A DNA stretch of 64,000 bases from positions 1-64,000 of the forward strand of contig JAKFBU010000056.1 in NCBI GenBank assembly GCA_036676985.1, in the 5' to 3' direction. Origin of the DNA: Candidatus Sericytochromatia bacterium. Lineage in GTDB: Bacteria; Cyanobacteriota; Sericytochromatia; S15B-MN24; UBA4093. Positions 1 to 8,978 of the stretch are shown here, one piece after another. The notes beneath the pieces are model-generated. The model had not been told where the DNA came from and made no database searches. It worked only from the letters and a program-made list of their open reading frames with translations. The first letter of the stretch is position 1, and every line of letters begins with the position of its first letter. Both the position numbers and the translations under genes were made by a program.

Positions 1-74
1 GTGGCCAGGGGCAGAATCGAACTGCCGACACCGGCATTTTCAGTGCCGTGCTCTACCAACTGAGCTACCTGGCC
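1..74 (-). tRNA. tRNA-Phe (GAA)
   Basis: Reverse complement GGCCAGGTAGCTCAGTTGGTAGAGCACGGCACTGAAAATGCCGGTGTCGGCAGTTCGATTCTGCCCCTGGCCAC forms a cloverleaf with anticodon GAA and T-loop GTTCGA. Any encoded CCA runs off the window edge. Confidence 0.97.
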
Positions 75-104
75 GTGCCGCGGTGTGAGCCGCAACGAGG
101 TCTC

Positions 105-132
105 AGTATAGCAAGCCAGGAAATGCTGTCAA
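105..132 (-). promoter_or_regulatory. sigma70 promoter of tRNA-Phe
   Basis: Minus strand reads TTGACA-16 nt-TATACT, about 30 nt upstream of the tRNA. Confidence 0.85.
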
Positions 133-224
133 GGGTCCAGAAGGGTTGGTTGCTGAATGACGTCGGATCTGGTAACTTGTAACGTCCATTCCGTGCGGAT
201 TGGCAGCCTTCAGGAGAGAACGAG

Positions 225-1775
225 ATGGCCTCGCAGAAATACTACCTCACGACCGCGATCGACTACGGCAACGCGCCGCCCCACATCGGCCACGCCTACG
301 AGAAGATCGCCGCCGACGCCCTCGCGCGCTTTCACCGCCTGCGCGGCGACGACGTGTTCTTCCTGACGGGCCTCGACGAGCACGGCAACAAGATCGAGCG
401 CGCCGCCCAGGCCGCCGGCATGGAGCCCCAGGCCTTCGTCGATGACATCGCCGCCAAGGCCCAGGACGTCTGGGCTGCCCTCAACATCTCGTTCGACGGC
501 TTCATCCGCACCTCCGACCCCAAGCACCGCGCGACCGTGCAGGGCATCTTCAAGCGCCTGCTCGATCAGGGTGACATCTTCAAGGCCAAGTACGAGGGCT
601 GGTACTGCCGCGGCTGCGAGGAGTTCAAGAACGAGCGCGACCTCGAAGAGGGCCGCATCTGCCCGCAGCACCAGCAGCCCGCCGAGTGGATGAGCGAGGA
701 GAATTACGTCTTCAAGCTCTCCAACTACCGCGATCGCCTGCGCGCCCACATCGAGAACAACGTCGAGTTCCTGCAACCCGAGACCCGGCGCAAGGAGATC
801 CTCAACCTGCTCGAGACCTTCCCCGACATCTCGGTCTCGCGCCAGAGCGTCCGCTGGGGCATCCCCGTGCCGGGCGACGACAGCCAGGTCATCTACGTCT
901 GGATCGACGCCCTCTCCAACTACCTGACGGGCGTCGGCTACGGCTCCGACGAGGCCATGTTCCAGAAGTGGTGGCCCGCCGAGCTCCACCTGGTCGGCAA
1001 GGACATCACCAAGTTCCACGCCATCATCTGGCCCGCGGTGCTCATGGCCCTCGACCTGCCGCTGCCGCGCCAGGTATTCGGCCACGGCTTCGTCAACGTT
1101 TCGGGCCTCAAGATCTCCAAGACCGTCGGCAACGTCATCGACCCCAAGGACCTCGCGGCCGAGTACGGCGCGGACGCCATCCGCTACTTTCTCCTGCGCG
1201 AGATCCGCTTCGGGCACGACGGCGACTTCACGTACGAGGCCTTCGAGAGCCGCGTGAACGCGGACCTCGCCAACAACCTCGGCAACGCCCTCAACCGCAC
1301 GCTCACCATCCTGGAGAAGAACTTCGAGGGGCTCGTGAGCCCGCGCCACACCGAGATCGAGGGCGACCTGCCCGCGCTCGCCGCCCGGACCGCTCTGTCG
1401 GTGCAGGAGCACATGGCGGCCATGACCATCGACGAGGCGATCGCCTCGGTCTGGGGCCTCCTGGACGCCATCAACAAGTACATCGACTCCACCGCGCCTT
1501 GGGCGCTCGCCAAGAACGGCGAGACCGAGAAGCTGGGCGGCGTGCTCTACGCCGTGCTCGAGGCCCTGCGTGTCGCCTCGGTGCTCGCCTCGCCCTTCAT
1601 CCCGACCCTGGCCGGCAAGATCTGGGAGCAGCTCGGCATCCAGGAGCCCCTGTCGACCCAGCGCTGGGACAACCTCACCTGGGGCGGTCTCGCCGAGGGC
1701 ACTCGCACCAACAAGCTCGGCCCCATCTACCCGCGCATCGGCGCCGAGCTCGCGGGCGCCAAGAAGAAGGGCTAA
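225..1775 (+). CDS. metG: methionine--tRNA ligase (short form without C-terminal tRNA-binding domain)
   Basis: HIGH motif (PPHIGHAY), KISKT (KMSKS variant), YVWIDAL, GKDITKFH and a Zn knuckle. Confidence 0.97.
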   Translation: MASQKYYLTTAIDYGNAPPHIGHAYEKIAADALARFHRLRGDDVFFLTGLDEHGNKIERAAQAAGMEPQAFVDDIAAKAQDVWAALNISFDGFIRTSDPKHRATVQGIFKRLLDQGDIFKAKYEGWYCRGCEEFKNERDLEEGRICPQHQQPAEWMSEENYVFKLSNYRDRLRAHIENNVEFLQPETRRKEILNLLETFPDISVSRQSVRWGIPVPGDDSQVIYVWIDALSNYLTGVGYGSDEAMFQKWWPAELHLVGKDITKFHAIIWPAVLMALDLPLPRQVFGHGFVNVSGLKISKTVGNVIDPKDLAAEYGADAIRYFLLREIRFGHDGDFTYEAFESRVNADLANNLGNALNRTLTILEKNFEGLVSPRHTEIEGDLPALAARTALSVQEHMAAMTIDEAIASVWGLLDAINKYIDSTAPWALAKNGETEKLGGVLYAVLEALRVASVLASPFIPTLAGKIWEQLGIQEPLSTQRWDNLTWGGLAEGTRTNKLGPIYPRIGAELAGAKKKG

Positions 1776-1778
1776 GCC

Positions 1779-2582
1779 GTGCAACTCATCGATTCCCACT
1801 GCCACCTCGACATGCTGCCGGGGTGGGTGGAAGGGGAACTGACGCTCGAAGAGGCCTTTGCCGAGATCGACGGGGCCGTCGAGCGCGCCAGGGCCGCGGG
1901 CGTCGAATGGATCCTCAACCCGGGCTCGACCTGGGCCGAGGCCCCCGCGGTGCTCGCCGTGGCCGATCGCTACCCGCACGTTTACGCGGCCGTGGGCATC
2001 CATCCCCACGAGGCGGACACCTGGGGACCGGAGAGCTACGAGCACCTCAACCGCCTGGCCCAGCACCCCAAAGTGGTGGCGCTGGGCGAGATGGGGCTCG
2101 ATTACTATTATCAGCACGGGACCGTGGACGCGCAGAAGCAGGCGTTCGCCGAGCAGATCCGGCTCGGGCGCGAGCTCGATCTGCCGCTCATCGTTCATAC
2201 GCGGGATGCCGAGGCGGATACGCTCGCCATCCTGAAGGCCGAGGGGCCTCACGTCGGCGTGATGCACTGCTTCACGGGCTCGGCGGAGCTCGCGACGGCG
2301 TCGCTGGAGCTGGGCTTCCACATTTCCTTCTCCGGGGTCATCACGTTCAAGAAGAGCGAGGAGCTGCGCGCGGTCGCCAAGCTCGTGCCGCTCGAGCGGA
2401 CGCTCATCGAGACGGATGCGCCGTACCTGGCGCCGCCGCCGTACCGCGGCAAGCGGAACGAGCCGGCCTACGTGGTGAAGATTGCCGAGCAGCTGGCGGA
2501 GATCCATGGGGTCTCCGTGGAGGAGATCGCGCGCATCTCGACTGAAAATGCGTTGCGGCTGTTCCGGATTCCACGGTCCTAG
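1779..2582 (+). CDS. tatD: TatD family DNase/hydrolase
   Basis: DSHCHLD, GIHPH, GEMGLDY, HTRDA, HCF, IETDAPYL and NEP motifs; metG-tatD synteny. Confidence 0.95.
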   Translation: MQLIDSHCHLDMLPGWVEGELTLEEAFAEIDGAVERARAAGVEWILNPGSTWAEAPAVLAVADRYPHVYAAVGIHPHEADTWGPESYEHLNRLAQHPKVVALGEMGLDYYYQHGTVDAQKQAFAEQIRLGRELDLPLIVHTRDAEADTLAILKAEGPHVGVMHCFTGSAELATASLELGFHISFSGVITFKKSEELRAVAKLVPLERTLIETDAPYLAPPPYRGKRNEPAYVVKIAEQLAEIHGVSVEEIARISTENALRLFRIPRS

Positions 2583-2668
2583 CCTTCGCCCTAGACCTCT
2601 TCAGCCTTGAAGGCTAGCGTTGCGGCCCCTCCTTCCTATCACCGATGATGGGACAAGGAGGAGACGCC

Positions 2669-4405
2669 ATGCGCAATGCCGAGGTCGCAGCCCTCTTGGG
2701 CCGGATCGCCGAGTTGATGGAGCTCCAGGGGCGAGACCGCTTCCGGGTCCACGCCTACTCCGAGGCCGCACGCGTCATCGGGGCCATGCCCGACGACGTC
2801 GAGCGCCTCTGGAAGGAGGACCGCCTCACCGAGATCCGCGGCGTGGGACCGTCCCTCGCCGCCAAGATCTCCGACTACCTCGAACACGGCAAGAGCCATT
2901 ACCTCACCGAACTCGAGAGCCAGGTCCCCGCGGGCGCCGTCGCCCTCACCCACATCCCGGGCCTCGGTCCCAAGCGAGCCCGACTCATCGCCGACCAGCT
3001 CAAGATCAAGAGCATCTCGGACCTCATCCAGGCCGCCGAGGACCACCGAATCCGCGAGCTGCCCGGCCTCGGCGCCAAGTCCGAGGAGCAGATCCTGCGC
3101 GAGGCCAGGCGCGTCAGCGAACGCACCCAGCGCATCCCCCTCTTCATCGCATGGCCCCTCGCCGAGGCCCTCGCCGACCAGCTGCGCCGCCTCCCGGCCG
3201 TCCGGAAGGTCGAGCCCGCCGGGAGCATCCGCCGGCGCATGGAGACCATCGGGGACATCGACCTGCTCGTGGCCTCGGACGACGCCGACGCCGTCTTCGA
3301 CCACCTGGGCTCCCTGCCCCTGGTTCAGGAGGTCCTGTTGCGAGGGCCGACCAAGTCCTCCGTCCTCACCACCGCCCAGCTTCAGGTGGACGTTCGTGTC
3401 GTCGCGCCCAACGACTGGGGGGCCGCCCTCCAGTACTTCACGGGCTCCAAGCGGCACAACATCCACCTGCGCACCCTCGCCATCGAGCAGGGCTACAAGA
3501 TCAACGAGTACGGGATCTTCCGGAACGACACCGGCGAACGGGTGGGCGGCCGCACCGAGGTCGAGATCTACGAGACCCTGGGCCTGGAGTGGATGCCCCC
3601 CGAGCTCCGCGAGGACACCGGCGAGATCGAGGCCGCGGCGGAGGGTAGGCTGCCCGACCTCGTCGAGCTCTCGGACGTGCGGGGCGACTTCCACACCCAC
3701 TCCACCTACTCGGACGGGCGCGACAGCCTCGAGACCATGGCCCGGGCCGCGCGCGACCTCGGCTACGAGTGGCTCGTCATCACCGACCACTCCTATGGCC
3801 TGCGCATCGCCCAGGGGCTGACCAAGGAAAGAGTCAGCGCCCAGCGGGCCGAGATCGCGCGGCTCAACCGGAAGCTCGCCCCCTTCCGGATCCTGCAGGG
3901 GGTCGAGCTCGAGATCCGCGAGGACGGCTCGCTCGACTTCGACGACGACTTCCTCGCCACCTTCGACGTGGTCGGGGCCTCCATGCACGTCGGGACCCGC
4001 AAGGCCGATGCCCCCAACACGCAGCGCCTCGTCAAGGCCCTGTCGGCCCCCGAGGTCGACGGCCTCAACCACCCGACCGGACGGGTGGTCGGAGGACGGG
4101 GCCCCTACGAGGTGGACCTGGACGCGGTCATCGCGGCCGCTCGGCGCGTCGGCAAGACGCTCGAGCTCAACGGCTCGACGCGCCTGGATCTGCCGTCCGA
4201 TCTGGCCCGACGGGCGCGGGACCGCGGCCTGGACTTCACGCTTTCGACCGATGCCCACAGCGTGCCGGAGCTCTCCTTGATGCGGTATGCGGTGGCGATC
4301 GCCCGCCGCGCGTGGGTCGAAAAGCCGCACGTCCTCAATACCCTATCAGCCGCCGAGCTCCTCGAGCGCGTGCGGGGCGGCGCACGCCCCCTCAGGAGGC
4401 GCTGA
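2669..4405 (+). CDS. polX: DNA polymerase X with PHP exonuclease domain
   Basis: HhH repeats, GSIRR, GDIDLL, VDVR, YFTGSK, PPELRE; PHP motifs HTHS, TDHS, HPTGR, TDAH. RBS AAGGAGG precedes ATG 2669. Confidence 0.95.
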   Translation: MRNAEVAALLGRIAELMELQGRDRFRVHAYSEAARVIGAMPDDVERLWKEDRLTEIRGVGPSLAAKISDYLEHGKSHYLTELESQVPAGAVALTHIPGLGPKRARLIADQLKIKSISDLIQAAEDHRIRELPGLGAKSEEQILREARRVSERTQRIPLFIAWPLAEALADQLRRLPAVRKVEPAGSIRRRMETIGDIDLLVASDDADAVFDHLGSLPLVQEVLLRGPTKSSVLTTAQLQVDVRVVAPNDWGAALQYFTGSKRHNIHLRTLAIEQGYKINEYGIFRNDTGERVGGRTEVEIYETLGLEWMPPELREDTGEIEAAAEGRLPDLVELSDVRGDFHTHSTYSDGRDSLETMARAARDLGYEWLVITDHSYGLRIAQGLTKERVSAQRAEIARLNRKLAPFRILQGVELEIREDGSLDFDDDFLATFDVVGASMHVGTRKADAPNTQRLVKALSAPEVDGLNHPTGRVVGGRGPYEVDLDAVIAAARRVGKTLELNGSTRLDLPSDLARRARDRGLDFTLSTDAHSVPELSLMRYAVAIARRAWVEKPHVLNTLSAAELLERVRGGARPLRRR

Positions 4406-4442
4406 CGGCACGGTATAATGAGCCCATCAGGAGGCTCTCACC

Positions 4443-5153
4443 GTGAAACGTCCGTCGCCCAAGGAAAAAGCCCGCATCCAGCGCGTCCTCGCCACGCTGC
4501 GCGCCAACTACCCCAACGCCGTCACCGAGCTCACCTACGCCAACGACTTCGAGCTCCTCGTCGCCGTCATGCTCTCGGCCCAGACCACCGACAAGCGCGT
4601 GAACATGGTGACGCCCGCCCTCTTCGCGCGCTACCCGAACGCGGCCGCCCTGGCGGCCGCGAGCGCCGAGGAGGTCCTGCCCTACATCGCGAGCGTCAAC
4701 TTCGGCCCCACCAAGGCCCTCAACGTCGTGGCCACCGCGCGCCTCCTGGTCGAGCGACACGCCGGCCAGGTCCCCGGCACCATGAACGAGCTTGTGGCGC
4801 TGCCCGGCGTGGGCCGCAAGACGGCGAACGTCGTCCTGAGCGTCGCCCACGACGTGCCCGCCATCGCCGTCGACACGCACGTCTTTAGGGTCTCCAACCG
4901 GCTCGGCCTCACGGACGGCACCACGCCGGAGGCCGTCGAGCAGGACCTCATGCGGGTCATCCCGCGCGAGGACTGGTCCACGGCCCATCACTGGCTCATC
5001 CTGCACGGTCGTTACACCTGCATCGCCCGGCGCCCCAAGTGCGAGGTATGCCCCCTCGCTCCGGACTGCCCCGCCTTCCAGAGCGGCCGGGAGCCCGAGG
5101 GATCGCTCACCCAGCCGCCGCTCCGAAAGAGCCGTCGCACGGCCCGGGCATGA
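4443..5153 (+). CDS. nth: endonuclease III
   Basis: LSAQTTD, LPGVGRKTANVV, VDTHV and FeS motif C-x6-C-x2-C-x5-C; TATAAT upstream at about 4415. Confidence 0.96.
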   Translation: MKRPSPKEKARIQRVLATLRANYPNAVTELTYANDFELLVAVMLSAQTTDKRVNMVTPALFARYPNAAALAAASAEEVLPYIASVNFGPTKALNVVATARLLVERHAGQVPGTMNELVALPGVGRKTANVVLSVAHDVPAIAVDTHVFRVSNRLGLTDGTTPEAVEQDLMRVIPREDWSTAHHWLILHGRYTCIARRPKCEVCPLAPDCPAFQSGREPEGSLTQPPLRKSRRTARA

Positions 5154-5278
5154 GCCCCGCCCCGGTACCTGGATCACCGCCCTAAAGGCTAGATTCCCCT
5201 ATCCTGGGGTATGGGAGTCTGGTATCATTGGTTCGCCCTCTCGCTTGGGGGCCACCCACTAAGGAGGAAGCCCGGCGG

Positions 5279-6397
5279 ATGCTGCACCATCGTTCGATTT
5301 GGCTCGGAGTTGCGCTCTCAATCGGGCTCGTGAGCGGTTGCTCACTTTTCACCGCTCCGGTGTCGTTCACCAGTCGCCCCAGCCTCAACGCCTACGTCGC
5401 CTTGCCCGCCGAGGACACGGTCGCGGTCGTGAGCCTCACGGAGAAGAAGGGCGGCGACGACCGGAACGTCATCAAGGTCGGTGACAACCCCGTCAACCTG
5501 GCCATCAACTCGCGCGCCAACCTCGAGTACCTCTACACCGCCAACTACAACGACGGCACCGTCTCGTTCATCAACCTCCGCAGCGGCCAGCTCGAGCAGC
5601 CGGTGCAGGCCGGATCGCAGCCCTGGGGCATCGACGTGACGCCCTACATGAAGCTGACGGGCACCGAGAACATGCGCCAGTGGATCGTCGTCGCCAACAC
5701 CGGCGACAACACCATCGCCTACATCGACCCCACCAGCCGTTCGACGAGCATCAAGCAGGTGGCGGGTTTCCGCCCCCACGGCGTCGTCGCGAGCCCCAAG
5801 TCGCTCGAGACCTTCATCCTCTCGGACACGCAGACCACGGGCGGCTGCCAGGTCCTGCGCATCAACGCGGACGGCACCACCGGCCAGCCGGTCACGGTCA
5901 CGGGCTCGGTCAAGCTCTGGAAGGGCGCCATCACCCCGGACGGCACCACCCTCTACATCACGGACCAGGGGGCGACCAACCTCTACAAGGTGGACATCTC
6001 GAACGGCAACTTCACCGTTCAGCAGCCCATCCCGCTTTCCGGCATGGGCTACGACATCGCCATCACCCCGAACGGCAAGACGGCGTACGTCTCGATCCCC
6101 GCCGGCACCTCGTCGGATGCCCAGGGCGTGGTCGACGTCATCGACCTGACGACCGGCAGCAAGACCGGCACCAAGCCCGTCAACCAGCGCGTCACCGAGG
6201 CCAACCGCCCGCAGGCGCTGGCCGTCAACGCCGCGAGCACGGAACTGTGGGTCGCGCTCCAGAACCGTCTCGGGTACTATGGCCTGAATAGCACGTCGGG
6301 CGACATGGAGGACGACCTCCGGATCGCCCCCTACACCTCGACGCCGGGCCAGGCCCCCCCCATCAGCGACATCGTGCTCGGCGCGGGCGTCCAGTAA
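5279..6397 (+). CDS. YncE/YVTN-type beta-propeller lipoprotein
   Basis: Lipobox VSGC; blade motifs such as IKVGDNP, LYTANY..GTVS, AITPDG..LY; RBS AAGGAGG. Confidence 0.75.
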   Translation: MLHHRSIWLGVALSIGLVSGCSLFTAPVSFTSRPSLNAYVALPAEDTVAVVSLTEKKGGDDRNVIKVGDNPVNLAINSRANLEYLYTANYNDGTVSFINLRSGQLEQPVQAGSQPWGIDVTPYMKLTGTENMRQWIVVANTGDNTIAYIDPTSRSTSIKQVAGFRPHGVVASPKSLETFILSDTQTTGGCQVLRINADGTTGQPVTVTGSVKLWKGAITPDGTTLYITDQGATNLYKVDISNGNFTVQQPIPLSGMGYDIAITPNGKTAYVSIPAGTSSDAQGVVDVIDLTTGSKTGTKPVNQRVTEANRPQALAVNAASTELWVALQNRLGYYGLNSTSGDMEDDLRIAPYTSTPGQAPPISDIVLGAGVQ

Positions 6398-6428
6398 CCA
6401 ATCATTCACCCCTAGGCAGGAGTTTCCC

Positions 6429-7766
6429 TTGGCAAAGAAGGTCGGAGTCGTCAGTCTCGGCTGCTCGAAGAACACGGTGGACACGGAGAACATGCTGGGC
6501 CTGCTCGCGCAGGACGGATACCAGATCGTCTCCGAGGAGACGGAGGCCGACATCCTCCTCCTCAACACCTGCTCGTTCATCGAGGACTCGCAGCGGGAGT
6601 CGATCCGCACCATCATGGAGCTCGGCACCCTCGACAAGAAGCTCATCGTGACGGGCTGCCTCGCGCAGCGCGCCAAGCACGAGCTCTTGGAGGAGATGCC
6701 CGAGATCACGGCCGCCATCGGCACCTCCGAGTTCCACAAGATCGTGGACGTGGTCAAGCGCGTGGAAGCCGGCGAGCGCTTCACCGAGGTCCAGGAGAAG
6801 GCGACGGCCCCCGTCCAGACGCTGCTGCCGCGCCTCCTGACCTCCATCGGCCCCTCGAGCTACCTCAAGGTCTCCGAGGGCTGCGACCATGCCTGCAGCT
6901 TCTGCATCATCCCGGTGCTGCGCGGCCGCTACGCCTCGCGCCCCATGGACAACATCCTCGACGAGGCCCGCATGCTCGTGACGGGCGGCGTCAAGGAGCT
7001 GGTGCTCATCGCCGAGGACACGACCCGCTACGGCCACGAGATGTCCGGTCAGTTCCTGCTGCCGCGCCTCCTGGAGCAGCTCAACGAGATCGAGGACCTC
7101 ACCTGGATCCGCGTCCTCTACGCGTATCCCAACTACATGACCAACGACCTCCTCGAGACCATGGCCCGCCTCGATCGCGTCGTGCCCTACCTCGACATGC
7201 CCCTGCAGCACACGCACCCCGAGATGCTCAAGGCCATGCTCCGGCCCCGCCACGAGCCCGTCGACCAGCTGGTGGCGCGCATGCGCGACAAGCTGCCCAA
7301 CCTGGTCCTGCGCACCACCTTCATCACGGGCTTCCCCGGCGAGACCGAGGAGCACCACGAGCACATGCTCGAGTTCGTCCGCACCCAGCGGCTGGACCGG
7401 GTCGGCGCCTTCGCCTACTCCCCCCAGGAGGGCACCCGCGGCTTCAAGCTGGAGCGCGAGCAGGGCGTTCCCGAGGAGATCAAGCAGGCGCGCCGCGAGG
7501 CCGTCATGCGCGAGCAGCAGGCCGTGACGCTCGGCATCCACCAATCACTGGTGGGCAGCGTCATCCCCATGCTCGTCGAGGGCGTCGAGACGACGACCGG
7601 CCGCCTGGTGGGCCGCACCCACCGCGACGCGCCCGAGATCGACGGCACCACCTACGCCACCACCACCTTCCCGGCGTTCGCGGGCGATCTCGTCAACGTC
7701 CGGATCACCGAGGCCGAGCCCTACGACCTGCACGGAGAGGTCGTTTGGGACGGCGCAGGCCAGTGA
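6429..7766 (+). CDS. rimO: ribosomal protein S12 methylthiotransferase
   Basis: SLGCSKN, NTCSFI, radical SAM motif CDHACSFC, RTTFITGFPGE and APEIDG (TRAM domain). Confidence 0.95.
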   Translation: MAKKVGVVSLGCSKNTVDTENMLGLLAQDGYQIVSEETEADILLLNTCSFIEDSQRESIRTIMELGTLDKKLIVTGCLAQRAKHELLEEMPEITAAIGTSEFHKIVDVVKRVEAGERFTEVQEKATAPVQTLLPRLLTSIGPSSYLKVSEGCDHACSFCIIPVLRGRYASRPMDNILDEARMLVTGGVKELVLIAEDTTRYGHEMSGQFLLPRLLEQLNEIEDLTWIRVLYAYPNYMTNDLLETMARLDRVVPYLDMPLQHTHPEMLKAMLRPRHEPVDQLVARMRDKLPNLVLRTTFITGFPGETEEHHEHMLEFVRTQRLDRVGAFAYSPQEGTRGFKLEREQGVPEEIKQARREAVMREQQAVTLGIHQSLVGSVIPMLVEGVETTTGRLVGRTHRDAPEIDGTTYATTTFPAFAGDLVNVRITEAEPYDLHGEVVWDGAGQ

Positions 7767-8269
7767 ACCTTCCGAACCTCATCACCCTTCTCAGGCTGGG
7801 CATCGTGCCCGGCCTGGTCTACTTTCTGGAAGTGACGGGCGGCAACCGCATCGCGCTGGTGCTCTTCCTCATCGCCTCCATGACCGACTGGGTGGACGGC
7901 TACCTGGCCCGCAAGCTGAACCAGACCACCGCCCTCGGCGCCCTGCTGGATCCGCTGGTGGACAAGGTGCTCGTGACGGCGGCCCTCCTCGGCCTGGTGG
8001 CGCAAGACCTCGTGCCGGCGTGGTCCGTGACGCTGGTCTTGACCCGCGAGTTCCTCATCACGGGGCTGCGCACGGCCGCCATGAGCGCCAACATCCTGCT
8101 TGCTGCGAGCTGGACCGGCAAGACCAAGACGGTGCTCCAGATGACGGCGATCGCCCTCCTGCTCGCGGGCATTCAGCCCTACGGCACCTATGCCTGGTGG
8201 GCCGCCATCGTCTTGACCGCCTACTCGGGCATCGAATACCTCTGGCAGACGCGCCGACTCTGGGTGTAG
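7763..8269 (+). CDS. pgsA: CDP-diacylglycerol--glycerol-3-phosphate 3-phosphatidyltransferase
   Basis: NLPNLIT..R and the CDP-alcohol motif DWVDGYLAR...GALLDPLVDK; GTG start overlaps the rimO stop (GTGA). Confidence 0.93.
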   Translation: MNLPNLITLLRLGIVPGLVYFLEVTGGNRIALVLFLIASMTDWVDGYLARKLNQTTALGALLDPLVDKVLVTAALLGLVAQDLVPAWSVTLVLTREFLITGLRTAAMSANILLAASWTGKTKTVLQMTAIALLLAGIQPYGTYAWWAAIVLTAYSGIEYLWQTRRLWV

Positions 8270-8318
8270 GATGGAGGGGCCGCAACCCTTTCCCGCGGCC
8301 CACCAAGAGGAACACCCG

Positions 8319-8978
8319 ATGGTCCATCTCGCGATCGAAGCCGACACCAACCTCGTCATCCTCGACCACCCGCTCGTCCACCATGCGCTGGCCGAGCTTC
8401 GCCACAAGGACACCCCCACCTCCAAGTTCCGGCAGCGCGCCCGGGAGCTCGCCAAGTACCTGGTGCTGGAAGCCACCCGCGACCTCAAGACGGACCCCAT
8501 CGAGGTGCCCACGCCGCTCGGCGTGATGGCCCCGGGCCGGACGCTGGGCAACCGCCCCATCGTCATCGCGCCCATCCTGCGCGCGGGCCTCGCGATGGTC
8601 GAGCCCGCCATGGAGCTGTTGCCCGAGGCCGAGGTCCGCCACATCGGCCTCTACCGCAACGAGACGACCCTGCAGCCGGTGGAGTACTACGTGAAGCTGC
8701 CCGAGCAGTACCCCGCGGAGACCACCGTCCTCATCATCGACCCCATGCTCGCCACGGGCGGCTCGGCGGTCTCGACCATCGACCTCTTCAAGAAGCGGGG
8801 CGTCACCCGCATCAAGTTCCTCTGCCTTATCGCGAGCCCGGAGGGCATCCGTAACGTGCGCCAGCACCACCCGGACAGCCAGATCTTCACGGTCTCGGTG
8901 GACAGCCACCTCAACGAGCTGGGCTACATCGTCCCGGGACTCGGGGACGCGGGCGATCGCACCTTCGGAACCCACTAG
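8319..8978 (+). CDS. upp: uracil phosphoribosyltransferase
   Basis: PILRAGL, DPMLATGGS and YIVPGLGDAGDR motifs. Confidence 0.96.
   Translation: MVHLAIEADTNLVILDHPLVHHALAELRHKDTPTSKFRQRARELAKYLVLEATRDLKTDPIEVPTPLGVMAPGRTLGNRPIVIAPILRAGLAMVEPAMELLPEAEVRHIGLYRNETTLQPVEYYVKLPEQYPAETTVLIIDPMLATGGSAVSTIDLFKKRGVTRIKFLCLIASPEGIRNVRQHHPDSQIFTVSVDSHLNELGYIVPGLGDAGDRTFGTH

Noticed and set aside
1-200. tRNA-Phe as an island integration site
   Set aside because: Its 3' end points out of the window, and I saw no integrase or att duplicate here.
210-2545. Long antisense and alternate-frame ORFs (e.g. 210-2507, 10818-13499, 13381-16755, 28229-30595, 31993-34383)
   Set aside because: These are shadow ORFs typical of high-GC DNA. 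They overlap genes with clear motifs and show no family signatures.
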